A stretch of DNA of 64,000 nucleotides, from positions 1 through 64,000 of the IMG/VR virus record IMGVR_UViG_3300037485_002668. One strand, written 5' to 3'. The position numbers and the translations under genes were made by a program. Every line of letters begins with the position of its first letter. Position 1 is the stretch's first letter. The notes beneath the pieces are model-generated. The model was given only the letters and a program-made list of their open reading frames with translations. It had not been told where the DNA came from and did not search any database. The stretch is from a virus. Below are positions 26,158 through 35,539 of this stretch, piece by piece.

Positions 26158-27042
26158 TTATTTTTTGAATTTCAGGTTGGACGGGGCGGACGGGGGACGG
26201 GGGTCGGATGGCTGGCAGGGGGTGGTGGGGTTTACCTGCAAATAGACCCAGGTCTCGGCGCACTTTACGCCGTGCTGGTCGATAACTACCTGGATAAAAT
26301 CGTAACGGTTATCGCTGGACGGACGCTCACGGGTGTCCCAGGTAAGTTCGCCGTGAATGTTGGCATCGTACAGGTAGGTGGCGGCGGGATCCATTTCGTC
26401 ATCACGGGCGCTGGAATATTTGGGGTGGGCAATTTTGTCACCCATGTAGATTGCCCAGTAACGAACGCCGTATTTCAGGTCGTCTGCGCCGTTTGGATCC
26501 GTGGCGGTGTCCAGGCGGAAATGAATGACGGGGCAGTTGATTTGGTAACGGTTACCCCAGGAGCCATCGCCGCCTGAAACGTTGATAAATTGCGTTCGGG
26601 AAATAGGGGGTAAGTTGCCGGCGGGCGGGGCGTAGGGTTCCACGAACGGACGGTTAACCGGGGGGATTTCCAGGTAAAAATAGGTTTCGGTCGAGACGGA
26701 ACTGGCGCCCTGCTGGATGGTCAATTTCAAATAGTACTGGCCGCAGATATTGGTATGGGAAAAGACTTTGTTAACTACGGATGGCCAGGATTCAAACACG
26801 GGAAACAAAACGTTGCTGCACGAACGGTGCAGGTTCATGTGGATTTCGCTGGCCAGTTGCGCGGCGCTGGTGCAGGTACTTTGGTCCACGCGCCAACGGA
26901 TGGTCGTGCTGCGGATTATATATGGTTCGAAATAGGAACCGCTACCTGCAACGGGGATCGAGACCAGGGTGATGCGCGGGGTTTGGGCGGGGCAAATCCA
27001 GGCGATTGCGAAATACAAGATAATAAGGAAAAGTTTTTTCAT
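26158..27042 (-). CDS. secreted beta-rich protein with C-terminal PPSAPSNL strand
   Basis: Signal peptide (CPA|Q); duplicated GxGS...Y.I motif; C-terminus PPSAPSNLKFKK. Confidence 0.7.
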   Translation of the reverse strand: MKKLFLIILYFAIAWICPAQTPRITLVSIPVAGSGSYFEPYIIRSTTIRWRVDQSTCTSAAQLASEIHMNLHRSCSNVLFPVFESWPSVVNKVFSHTNICGQYYLKLTIQQGASSVSTETYFYLEIPPVNRPFVEPYAPPAGNLPPISRTQFINVSGGDGSWGNRYQINCPVIHFRLDTATDPNGADDLKYGVRYWAIYMGDKIAHPKYSSARDDEMDPAATYLYDANIHGELTWDTRERPSSDNRYDFIQVVIDQHGVKCAETWVYLQVNPTTPCQPSDPRPPSAPSNLKFKK

Positions 27043-27089
27043 TTGGCCCTCAATCGGCGTTCTACCCAGGCGGGCTGGGCGGCGACGGG

Positions 27090-27542
27090 TTAAAAGAGTT
27101 TTTTCAGAAATGATTTGGTACTGGTGGTCATGGGTTCGTATTCGTAAATGTTAATATCGATTACGATCCGGTTTACGTTTGGCGGCGGAGGGGAATCGAT
27201 GGCGAAGGTTTTATCGTTAACCAGCTTTTCGATTTCGGTCGCGTTGAATTTCATTTCTACCGTATCCAGGTAAAGGCGGGTAGAACCGGCTTTCAGGGCT
27301 TTGAAATTGACCGTCAAAAATTTAATCAGTTGATTCTGGATGGTGGTATTTTCAAAGCCGCAGGCGATAATGTTATTCGTACCCGCGGGCATATTGGCGA
27401 TTTCCAGCGGGAAAATACCAGACGTTTTTTTGGCCTGATATTCAAGATAAAGCGGATCAAAATGAAAAATAAACGCGGCGTTACTCAGGGAACCCTCCAG
27501 GGCGCCCTCGACTTTGGCAGTGAATAAATCATTGACGTACAT
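27090..27542 (-). CDS. cohesin-like domain protein
   Basis: VNDLFTAKV...AAFIFHFDPLYLEY...LTVNFKALKAGSTRL cohesin pattern. Confidence 0.6.
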   Translation of the reverse strand: MYVNDLFTAKVEGALEGSLSNAAFIFHFDPLYLEYQAKKTSGIFPLEIANMPAGTNNIIACGFENTTIQNQLIKFLTVNFKALKAGSTRLYLDTVEMKFNATEIEKLVNDKTFAIDSPPPPNVNRIVIDINIYEYEPMTTSTKSFLKKLF

Positions 27543-28315
27543 TATTTAGTTCCTTTCAATTGTTCAAACGTGGTAGACAGAGCGCCAAGACGGACGGCGG
27601 AATTTTTTTGCAGGCCGTACCGTTCGGCAAAAATTTTAAAATCGTAACTGTAAATGATGCCGTCACGGTTGGTATCGAAGGCGCGTTTATAACAGGAATT
27701 ACCTGACAGGCAATAAAAGCTATTCGCAAACGCGGTGAAGTCGCTGAGGTAAACCTTGCCATCATTATCGAAATCGCAGGAATTGGGGACGGCAATGGTA
27801 CTGGCGGCGGTGGCGATAATTTCATTTTGCAGGTTCAGCGCCTGCACCGTAATCGCGGCGGTGGTCCAGATGGGCTGATCGGGCAGGATAATCGTGGCGC
27901 CATTTTCGAAGGTGGTCAGCGTTTCGGAGTGGGCGCCGATTACGCACGTGAGCGCGTACGCGGGAGCGCTAGGCGTCCAGGCGCAGGCGATACTGGCATC
28001 GGCATAAGTCAGGTAAGTAATAGCCAGTGAGACCAGGATGGTATCTACCTGGTTGGAATAGGCGGATTCATTACCGATACTATCGTAAGCCGTGGCGACA
28101 AAATAGTAATGGGCGGGGGTGGTAAAGGGGATGGACTTTTCGAGTACCTTACCCACGTTCAGGATGGTAGAATAGGTGTCGCTGGCAGTACCGTAATAAA
28201 TTCGGTAACCGGATAGGTCGGGTGTGGTTACGGGATCCCAGGCGAGTTTAACCGTAAACTGGCTAAAGGCAACCGTGACCATTAATAACAAGGAAAGGAT
28301 TATTTTTTTAGGCAT
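27542..28315 (-). CDS. secreted FN3 plus dockerin-like protein
   Basis: Signal peptide (AFS|Q); VKLAWDP...GYRIYYG...YYFVATAYD..GNES; twin Ca-binding loops DFDNDGKVYLSDF and DTNRDGIIYSYDF. Confidence 0.8.
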   Translation of the reverse strand: MPKKIILSLLLMVTVAFSQFTVKLAWDPVTTPDLSGYRIYYGTASDTYSTILNVGKVLEKSIPFTTPAHYYFVATAYDSIGNESAYSNQVDTILVSLAITYLTYADASIACAWTPSAPAYALTCVIGAHSETLTTFENGATIILPDQPIWTTAAITVQALNLQNEIIATAASTIAVPNSCDFDNDGKVYLSDFTAFANSFYCLSGNSCYKRAFDTNRDGIIYSYDFKIFAERYGLQKNSAVRLGALSTTFEQLKGTK

Positions 28316-28586
28316 TTTGAGCGCCTCCATTTTTAATTTGCAGATATTTCTCGAACCCTGTTTTTCCCAGGAACAGGCCGAAACAGATAATAAATAAATT
28401 AACCGTCAGCGAATAGACGGGCGTTAGCGCGGCAATTTTGACAGGGTCAGCGTTGGCGATTTTCAGGAAAATGAAAATCAACGCAAACGCCGAAACCGAA
28501 AAGCCCTGGAACCCGCGGGAGGTTAGGTTATACAGGACCTTATCGAAATGCCGACGCCAGAAAATTTTATTCTCAGCCATTGCCAT
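28308..28586 (-). CDS. two-TM membrane protein, holin-like
   Basis: Two TM helices and a charged C-terminus. Confidence 0.45.
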   Translation of the reverse strand: MAMAENKIFWRRHFDKVLYNLTSRGFQGFSVSAFALIFIFLKIANADPVKIAALTPVYSLTVNLFIICFGLFLGKTGFEKYLQIKNGGAQNA

Positions 28587-28863
28587 TCCTTTTAGAATGA
28601 TACGTTTCAATGTGGTGGTCGTGCCAAAGTAAATTTTTTTCGAGGGAACCACTCTGTTTATTTAAATAGTCCTGGATGGTTTGCAATTGAATGCCCGTGA
28701 CATTGCTTGTTTCCGAAAGCAAATTTTCCAGTTTCATGATGTCGGTCTTTGAGGCCATCGTATTGCGAACCTTCCAGTCTACACGGATCACATACGCGAC
28801 CACCGCAAATAGCGTTAACAGGATATGCCAGTATGCCGAGAGAGAATTAAGTATGCCTTCCAT
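28573..28863 (-). CDS. single-TM protein with coiled coil
   Basis: N-terminal TM helix then a helical region; lysis-module position. Confidence 0.5.
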   Translation of the reverse strand: MEGILNSLSAYWHILLTLFAVVAYVIRVDWKVRNTMASKTDIMKLENLLSETSNVTGIQLQTIQDYLNKQSGSLEKNLLWHDHHIETYHSKRNGNG

Positions 28864-28869
28864 AGAACC

Positions 28870-31095
28870 TTAATTAGTTTGAATAAAAACCATTTCGATG
28901 TCCGTACCGGACTCATAACCGGCGGTGAAATTAAATTTAAACTGGTCGCGGTCAAGTTGGACGTTGATATTCGTGGCGGGGGTGACATAATATTCATAAT
29001 AGCAGGCCATGACGACGGGGTGATAATACGCATCCAGCGCATTCCACAGAGTTTCCGCACGGGTGCGCACGGTATAATCGTCATAAGAATCCAACGTGAC
29101 CTTGAGAACTTTTTGGGATTTGCCGATTTTGTATTGGTGATAATAATTCGTTTGTTTCCAGAATTGATCTAATTTCTGGACATTGGCGATTTCGATTTGT
29201 TTCACTTCGTCATAATTAAAGGCAACGGAGGAACCGCTATACACAAAGACCAGGCACGCATCCGCGCCGAACGAGGCGGAAGAGGAACTGGAACTGGACA
29301 CCGAGGCCGAAGATGAAGACGAAGATGAAAATGACGAACTGGAGCTAGAAAATGACGAGCTTGAACTAGAAAAGGATGACGAACTGCTGGAAAGGGAACT
29401 AGACGATGACGAACTTGAAAAAGAACTGGACGATGAAGACGAAGAAAAGGATGACGATGACGAGCTACTCGAAAAAGAAGACGACGACGATGAAAAAGAA
29501 GATGAAGACGAGGAGCTGGATTGGGAACTGGACGATGATGACGAACTAAACGAACTGGAACTAGACGAGCTCGAAAAAGACGATGAAGATGATGAAAAAG
29601 AAGACGATGATGACGAAAAGGATGATGAAGATGACGAAGAAAAAGACGATGACGATGATGAAAATGATGAACTGGAAGATGAAGATGATGATGACGAACT
29701 GGAGGCAGCCACTAATTCACTGGCGCCGATATACCAGGTAGAACGGGTATTGCCAATAACGTCATCGGTAAAGACGCCGCTTAAATCTTCGCCGTCATCT
29801 AAAGTTGTAATTTCATCGCCGCCGGCGGTTAGTTTGTAATTGTCAGCGTCATAATCCACAAAGCAGGAAGTGCCATCATGACAATTTAAGCTCCGATAAG
29901 CGACGTCGGGACTGGTAGCGTCTTCGGAAACGTTGTAACCGTTAGTGGTAAAGGAACCAGTAAAGCAGCCCGATACACAAGATTGAACCAGATTGTTTTT
30001 AATGGTAACGGTATTTAATAATTGCGCAATCCCATAACCGCTACCTTTGGCTACGGTATTATTAAAAACGTTATTATTGACGCCAGCCAAACGAACATAA
30101 CCGCCGCAACCATAAATAATATTGTTCCGGATATTGGCAACGGTGCAGGCGCCATCGGTACGAATAGGAGTAGTTGAACTATCGCCTTTAATTAAACAGC
30201 GATTAATTAAAATCGTACCGCAATCGGCCGCGTAAATTCCAATATTCCCAGACCCTGAAGCGTCCAGCGCCAATTTAGAAACTTCGATATTCGCCAGATG
30301 GCCTTCAGTAGTTTCGTCAAAATAGATGCTGTCACTGGTACCAAAGTTGATGCGTGCGCCATTACCATACGCGGAACCATCATGTTCAGCACCCGCCTGC
30401 GCGGTAATTTTCAGAAGATTGCCGTTGGTGTTGGTATCAAAAATAACATAACCCGCAATTGCGGTTTCTTCTGAAAGATGTTCACCCGTCAAATTTCCAG
30501 TCAAGGTCGCTTCGATATCAGCTTCGAAAGAGGTTAACGTGGCATAATCACCACCGGCGCCTGCGCCAATTTGGTAGGTACCGGTCGAAATTGTGCCGCG
30601 TGAATAATCCTTTTCGGTATTTAGTCGGGTGTGCGAATGTTCACTTTTCAGGATCGAAGTGAAATCGTGAACGTCGCTTAAAATTATCTGATTATGTTTC
30701 CGGCTTTTGTCATAAATGGATTCATAATCCGATAAGGTAATATAGCCTTCGTTCAACAACCATTGAAAATCGACAAACCATTCGCGCTTTAAACGCTGAG
30801 GGTCAAACAGTTCAGGATCGGATTCCCAAATAAATTTACCAGATTCATTGGTAACTGAAAGGAACTTCTTTAAATTACGAACGGATTTTTTAGTAGACTT
30901 CCAATCCCGGCTACCCCGAATTTTCCAGAAATCGACATTGGGCAATTCAATCACGCAATGGTGTTTACGTTCCATTTCGCCATTGAATGAATGGTCATCG
31001 CGAATGTCAATAATTTGACCATCGCGCCAGCCCTGGCGGTGACGGTCATCGAAACGTTCGTGGTATTTGCTACCGATTTTGATTAATAATTGCAA
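28870..31095 (-). CDS. tail appendage: N-domain, right-handed beta-helix, poly-Ser linker and distal-tail-like C-domain
   Basis: IRNNIIY/VFNNTV/IKNNLV beta-helix repeats; ~140-residue Ser tract; C-terminus resembles 39522..39944. Confidence 0.7.
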   Translation of the reverse strand: MQLLIKIGSKYHERFDDRHRQGWRDGQIIDIRDDHSFNGEMERKHHCVIELPNVDFWKIRGSRDWKSTKKSVRNLKKFLSVTNESGKFIWESDPELFDPQRLKREWFVDFQWLLNEGYITLSDYESIYDKSRKHNQIILSDVHDFTSILKSEHSHTRLNTEKDYSRGTISTGTYQIGAGAGGDYATLTSFEADIEATLTGNLTGEHLSEETAIAGYVIFDTNTNGNLLKITAQAGAEHDGSAYGNGARINFGTSDSIYFDETTEGHLANIEVSKLALDASGSGNIGIYAADCGTILINRCLIKGDSSTTPIRTDGACTVANIRNNIIYGCGGYVRLAGVNNNVFNNTVAKGSGYGIAQLLNTVTIKNNLVQSCVSGCFTGSFTTNGYNVSEDATSPDVAYRSLNCHDGTSCFVDYDADNYKLTAGGDEITTLDDGEDLSGVFTDDVIGNTRSTWYIGASELVAASSSSSSSSSSSSSFSSSSSSFSSSSSSSFSSSSSSFSSSSSSFSSSSSSSSFSSSSSSSSQSSSSSSSSFSSSSSSFSSSSSSSSFSSSSSSSSFSSSSSSSSLSSSSSSFSSSSSSFSSSSSSFSSSSSSSASVSSSSSSSASFGADACLVFVYSGSSVAFNYDEVKQIEIANVQKLDQFWKQTNYYHQYKIGKSQKVLKVTLDSYDDYTVRTRAETLWNALDAYYHPVVMACYYEYYVTPATNINVQLDRDQFKFNFTAGYESGTDIEMVFIQTN
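29275..29705 (-). repeat. poly-serine low-complexity tract with periodic Phe
   Basis: Ser runs separated by Phe, encoded by mixed TCN/AGY codons. Confidence 0.9.
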
Positions 31096-31119
31096 CTATT
31101 TAACCCTCAATGATTTTGT

Positions 31120-31440
31120 TTAATCCACGCCTGCAAAATCGTTGATCATAGAATTGATGGTAAATTCCAAATCACTATCGCTGGGCAAGGTGCCGGCGTC
31201 CAGGCTGGTGGCTATAGTCGAATTCGTAACTACAGCATAAGAGAACTGCTCAACACTGGCGGAACCTGCCAAAATTGTTTTAGCATAAATTACCCGCGCC
31301 GCATGTTCCGCTTCGGTCGGTTCGTCTACACCGCCAAATGCTTCGCCTAAAATTGCGAGCGCGGCTTTTTGCATAAAGAATTTAACCTTGTCCTGGAAAA
31401 AATCCCAACCTGCAAAAGCCATTCTTACATCAGAAGCCAT
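31120..31440 (-). CDS. hypothetical virion-associated protein
   Basis: ORF with GGAGG RBS; SDSDLEFTINSM motif. Confidence 0.6.
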   Translation of the reverse strand: MASDVRMAFAGWDFFQDKVKFFMQKAALAILGEAFGGVDEPTEAEHAARVIYAKTILAGSASVEQFSYAVVTNSTIATSLDAGTLPSDSDLEFTINSMINDFAGVD

Positions 31441-31502
31441 TTTTAAATCCCTCCATTAAATAATTAAAAGTGAAATGATAATTAGAAAAACGATTTATCG
31501 GT

Positions 31503-32447
31503 TCATTTAATTATTTGTAAATTAGTAACTTTATCTGGCGGGGTAGTATCACCACCTGGGTTATTCCAGCCAGCTAACTTTGCCAGCAATACCCAAAAGG
31601 CTTTGGCCTTATTTTCACAATTTTCAAAAGACGTGTGGCCATCCTGATTTAAATTATAATGGCTGTGTTCCCGTTTAAAGGCGCGGCCGTTATAAGCGCC
31701 TGAATAGTTTACTATGTCATCGCCACATTCCCAGGCTTGGGTATTGGGATTAAACCAATAATAGTCAATGTCGCCAAAATCAAATAAAACTTTATTATTA
31801 TTGCGGCAAAAGGTGCGAATCTGTTCATTGTTCACATAGGCAAAATAACCACAGACGTCATAACTGGCATCGGTCGGGCTGTAGGTATGGTGGCCGTAAT
31901 AGGTGCCGGAATGGCCGGTCATGTAAATAAAAATTACGTTTGGACTTTGCGATTCAAGGATGGGCATCGCATTCAGGTAACGGGGAATATAACTGACGGG
32001 ATCAATACTGACGCGTTGCTGATAACACCACGTCCAGGTTGACAGGTTTAATAAGGGATTGGCTTGTAACGTATTTCGAACGTTCAATTTGCCGGCGTCC
32101 GAATCCCAATATTCCTGGTGTTCAATGTAATTATCGCAACTGCCGCTGGCGCCCAGACCTTTAGAAATCGAAAAAATAGCCGGGTTTTCAATCACAGAAC
32201 AATCCCGAACCTGGAAATCCAGATTGCTATTTTGCGCCTTGAGGCGGGTCATACCGATTATGATTTGTTCACCGTGGGAACTATTGCAGAAATTTAAATT
32301 GAACATCGCTTTCGCACGGGTGATATACGCGCCGGGGATCTGGTCGAATTCCGCTACCGCTAAATGGTCGATAATTAAGCCCTGGGCGGAGAGATTGGTA
32401 AGGTAAAAAATGGCGGTACAAAACAGCAGGTACAGCGTGCGCAACAT
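31503..32447 (-). CDS. secreted SGNH-like hydrolase with C-terminal DTTPPDKVTNL strand
   Basis: Signal peptide (LSA|Q); SSHG, IYMTGH, NEQIR.FC..NNKVLFDFGDID, KAFWVLLAKLAGW. Confidence 0.65.
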   Translation of the reverse strand: MLRTLYLLFCTAIFYLTNLSAQGLIIDHLAVAEFDQIPGAYITRAKAMFNLNFCNSSHGEQIIIGMTRLKAQNSNLDFQVRDCSVIENPAIFSISKGLGASGSCDNYIEHQEYWDSDAGKLNVRNTLQANPLLNLSTWTWCYQQRVSIDPVSYIPRYLNAMPILESQSPNVIFIYMTGHSGTYYGHHTYSPTDASYDVCGYFAYVNNEQIRTFCRNNNKVLFDFGDIDYYWFNPNTQAWECGDDIVNYSGAYNGRAFKREHSHYNLNQDGHTSFENCENKAKAFWVLLAKLAGWNNPGGDTTPPDKVTNLQIIK

Positions 32448-32453
32448 AGCACC

Positions 32454-32846
32454 TCATTTGAGTTTAAAGTTCAGCGGCGGGAAAATTTTGGCGGGAACCA
32501 ACGTATCAAACACGGCGGGACAGAGCGGGGTCGGGCTGGCAGTATCATAAGGCGCGACACAAAAAAACCAACGCATATTGGCGGGAACGAAAATTGAGGC
32601 GGAAGTGGCGGTTTGGACGTCCAGCATTTCGGTAAAGTACGCCGCGCCCGGTCCCCAGTACAGACGATATCCATACGGGGTGGGAACTTCAGGCCAGGCC
32701 ACGTCCACCCGATGCAAGTTCAATTTATAATTCTGATAATCGGTATAGACGGTCAAAAGTAAATTGCAATGCGGTTCCCATTTAGCCTGCGCGGGGGTCA
32801 GGATAATCAGCAATACCAGGAATAATTTTTGGAATAAATTACACAT
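32454..32846 (-). CDS. secreted FN3-like protein
   Basis: Signal peptide; VDVAW...GYRLYWG...WFFCVAPYD; C-terminus PAKIFPPLNFKLK. Confidence 0.65.
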   Translation of the reverse strand: MCNLFQKLFLVLLIILTPAQAKWEPHCNLLLTVYTDYQNYKLNLHRVDVAWPEVPTPYGYRLYWGPGAAYFTEMLDVQTATSASIFVPANMRWFFCVAPYDTASPTPLCPAVFDTLVPAKIFPPLNFKLK

Positions 32847-33702
32847 GATTTGCCTCGGCGAATAATTGAAAACGGCGGTAACACAAATCAAAGGCGTTCA
32901 GATAACGGCGGCGGGAATAATCGCCCATTTGCCAATCCTTCAAATAATTTTCCATGGTGGTAATTTGGTCGGAACGCCAGCCGGCATCCCACCATTTACC
33001 GTGAACAGAATAAATGCGCTCCTCAGTGCCGGAATAAAGTTCGCCTTCCTTTTCCAAAATAGCGGTTTCGGGTTTTAGAATCCAATGGTGAATGCCGGTG
33101 AAAGTATAGGGCGGCAAACAGAGCATCCGTTTATGCTTTTCCAACTTCAAACCCAAAATATTCAGGAACAGAAAGTCATCAAAATAAGCGGCGGTTTCAA
33201 ATTCAAGAAAATGGCGGAACCAATCGATGTTTTTCACATCGAGAAAAATCGGCGAGGTGGTATGGACTTCGGGATAAACCGCGGCGGGGCGGCGTAAATC
33301 CACCTGATATTTTTGTTGATAGGCGGTATCAAAATTAATTAACATGCCGTTGCTGCCAGTGACAATCCAATGCTGGGCGGCAAGTTCAAAGAATTTCGTA
33401 CAATTGGCGGTAAAAAAAGTGTCGATGTCCAAAAGACAGATCGATTTATAGCGGGGCGCGGCGTCCAGGGCGAGGTGAAAGCGGCGGATGGCGGTTTGAC
33501 GCACCGGGTCGCCGTCAGATACATTCAATATTTTAACGCAGGCCGGGGTTTTTAGTTCAGGCAATTGATAACCTGCGATAAGGATATCGATATTATTAGC
33601 GGGGTGGTACTCCATGAAGGAGTTGATAAAGGCGTACAGGGCGGGGAGGTAATTGGGACTGGCGCCGGTGATGAAGGCGTATCTTGCTGGCATGTCAGTC
33701 AT
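32839..33702 (-). CDS. glycosyltransferase, GT-A fold (GT8-like)
   Basis: FITGASPNYLPAL..FINS; LLDID DxD motif; HGKWW. Confidence 0.7.
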   Translation of the reverse strand: MTDMPARYAFITGASPNYLPALYAFINSFMEYHPANNIDILIAGYQLPELKTPACVKILNVSDGDPVRQTAIRRFHLALDAAPRYKSICLLDIDTFFTANCTKFFELAAQHWIVTGSNGMLINFDTAYQQKYQVDLRRPAAVYPEVHTTSPIFLDVKNIDWFRHFLEFETAAYFDDFLFLNILGLKLEKHKRMLCLPPYTFTGIHHWILKPETAILEKEGELYSGTEERIYSVHGKWWDAGWRSDQITTMENYLKDWQMGDYSRRRYLNAFDLCYRRFQLFAEANHV

Positions 33703-33737
33703 AACTCCCACCCAGGCAAGCTGGGAGGTGGTTTGGG

Positions 33738-34592
33738 TTATTCGTAAATTTCGAGGCCGTCCAGCCACTTTACACGGAGCTCGCGGTTTTGGAGATTCCA
33801 CATATAGTTGAACACGCGGGCGTTATGTTCCGTGTACGGACCGGAGAAGCCAGTGATATAATTTTTCAGATAATTAACGTTCCAATAGCGGCGGTGGAAA
33901 CTGTGCAGGCGGGCGCCCGCGAAATAAAGGCCGTAATCCCAGCGCTGGACTTTACCCTGATTCGGGACATTGAAAATCCAGTATGCGCCAGGGACGGCGT
34001 GAAAGCCAGATTGCAAATCACGAATGGCATAGACGATACAATCCATGCGTTCCAGGACGTTGCCGGGGCGGGACTGATAATCGCAACAGCGTTCGATCAG
34101 GTCACGGCGTGCAGCGGGGATAAACATGGGGACGTCGGCCAGCGGGAGATCGTTGGTGTGTCGGTACGGCCAATGCGGTGAAAGCGTATGCCAGCGATGC
34201 GTGAGGCCGCCCTGGTGTTCGTTAGTACCCAGGATCGGGAGATTCATTTGCACGGCCAACTTGAAATAGAATTCAAAATTATCCACGATACAAACGTCGG
34301 CGCCCCAAAAAAGAATGGCTTCGTATTTATCGAAAAGGTTTTCCAGGGCGTAGTAAAAATCGGCGAAAGTCAAATGCCAGAACAGGGAACGGCCGGGGTA
34401 ATCCGGAATCGAAATGAAATGGACGTTCGGCCACTGGCGATAGTAAGCATCCGGGAGCGCGGCGTGGGGTTCTAATAGGACGTAGCAATCCGTCTGGGAA
34501 AATTCGTAGAACTCCAGGGCGTTCAGGATGGCGTTCGTACCGGGCATGTACGAAAGCGAGGTATTGAAAATTAGGGCGTAGGGATTTGGCAA
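33738..34592 (-). CDS. glycosyltransferase-like protein, paralogue of the adjacent gene
   Basis: SYMPGTNAILNAL; WGADVCIVDN; FHRRYW. Confidence 0.6.
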   Translation of the reverse strand: MPNPYALIFNTSLSYMPGTNAILNALEFYEFSQTDCYVLLEPHAALPDAYYRQWPNVHFISIPDYPGRSLFWHLTFADFYYALENLFDKYEAILFWGADVCIVDNFEFYFKLAVQMNLPILGTNEHQGGLTHRWHTLSPHWPYRHTNDLPLADVPMFIPAARRDLIERCCDYQSRPGNVLERMDCIVYAIRDLQSGFHAVPGAYWIFNVPNQGKVQRWDYGLYFAGARLHSFHRRYWNVNYLKNYITGFSGPYTEHNARVFNYMWNLQNRELRVKWLDGLEIYE

Positions 34593-34945
34593 TCAATCAT
34601 CCTTTCCACCCAGATAAACTGGGTGGTGGGGTTTTATGGTTCGTGAAAGTCTAAAAATTTTTATAATTATGGTCGTTTACAGGGCTTTTAAAAGGGTCAA
34701 AAGTCGGGTAAATCTGGCCAAATTTTTACAATACGTAACAGGTTGTTTTTTATAAATATTTTTAGCGTTTTTAAATAGCTTATTTTCCGTTTTTAAAGAT
34801 ACCTTTGAAAAGCCCTGTGTCCGTTGATTTATACGAACGCATTAGAGGCTTTATAAGGCACTTTAATTTATTAGGCAGGGTTTTAGTATACCTGGCGGGC
34901 ATGGCAGACAATCATGATCCCACCCAGACGGGCTGGGTGGTGGGG

Positions 34946-35536
34946 TTAAATTGTTCTTACCAGGCGGACAAAATAGTCTTTGGTTCGCAGGTCGTGCATT
35001 ACAAATCCTTGAAAATACGAAACGACCCAGGCTTCGTTATCATCGACATAATCGGACGTCCAGATATAACGTTCAGCGCGGCTGAAAGCGAAATTAATAT
35101 GCAAGTCGTCAATCGGGTGACGTTCAATCAGACTGGCAGCCTCGGCTACGGTGGGCAGACGCCAATTGTCAAAACCGCCCAGCCGGCGCGTGTGGTTCAT
35201 TTGTTCCATATAAGCCATCGCCAGATCGTGAGACGCAGGCTGTTCACGGCCTTCACATTGCCACATGAGACCCGTAGACCAATCCAAAATTACTTTAAAA
35301 TTGTTTGGCAATATTTCAACTTTATAAAAATGCTGGCGGTCAGGGGCGTGGGGATAGTCGTAATAATCGAATATTTTCAACTGGTCGATTTCAATCCGTA
35401 CCTGGTGGTTTGATAGTTTATCCGCGACATGGCGAACTTTCATGGGTGGCTGATAGTCGATAAAATTCAGGATGCCGCGGGTCATGAGATCACGGCTGAT
35501 TAAAAAATCCAGGGAAGCGGTGTCATAACGAATCAT
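34946..35536 (-). CDS. DUF1566/Lcl C-type-lectin-fold protein
   Basis: D.STGLMWQ, GGFDNWRLPTVAEAASL, IWTSD, AWVVSY, VRLVR. Confidence 0.85.
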   Translation of the reverse strand: MIRYDTASLDFLISRDLMTRGILNFIDYQPPMKVRHVADKLSNHQVRIEIDQLKIFDYYDYPHAPDRQHFYKVEILPNNFKVILDWSTGLMWQCEGREQPASHDLAMAYMEQMNHTRRLGGFDNWRLPTVAEAASLIERHPIDDLHINFAFSRAERYIWTSDYVDDNEAWVVSYFQGFVMHDLRTKDYFVRLVRTI

Positions 35537-35539
35537 TTT

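Noticed and set aside
28308-28863. Complete lysis cassette
   Set aside because: Two membrane proteins are holin-like by position only, and no endolysin motif is recognisable in the window.
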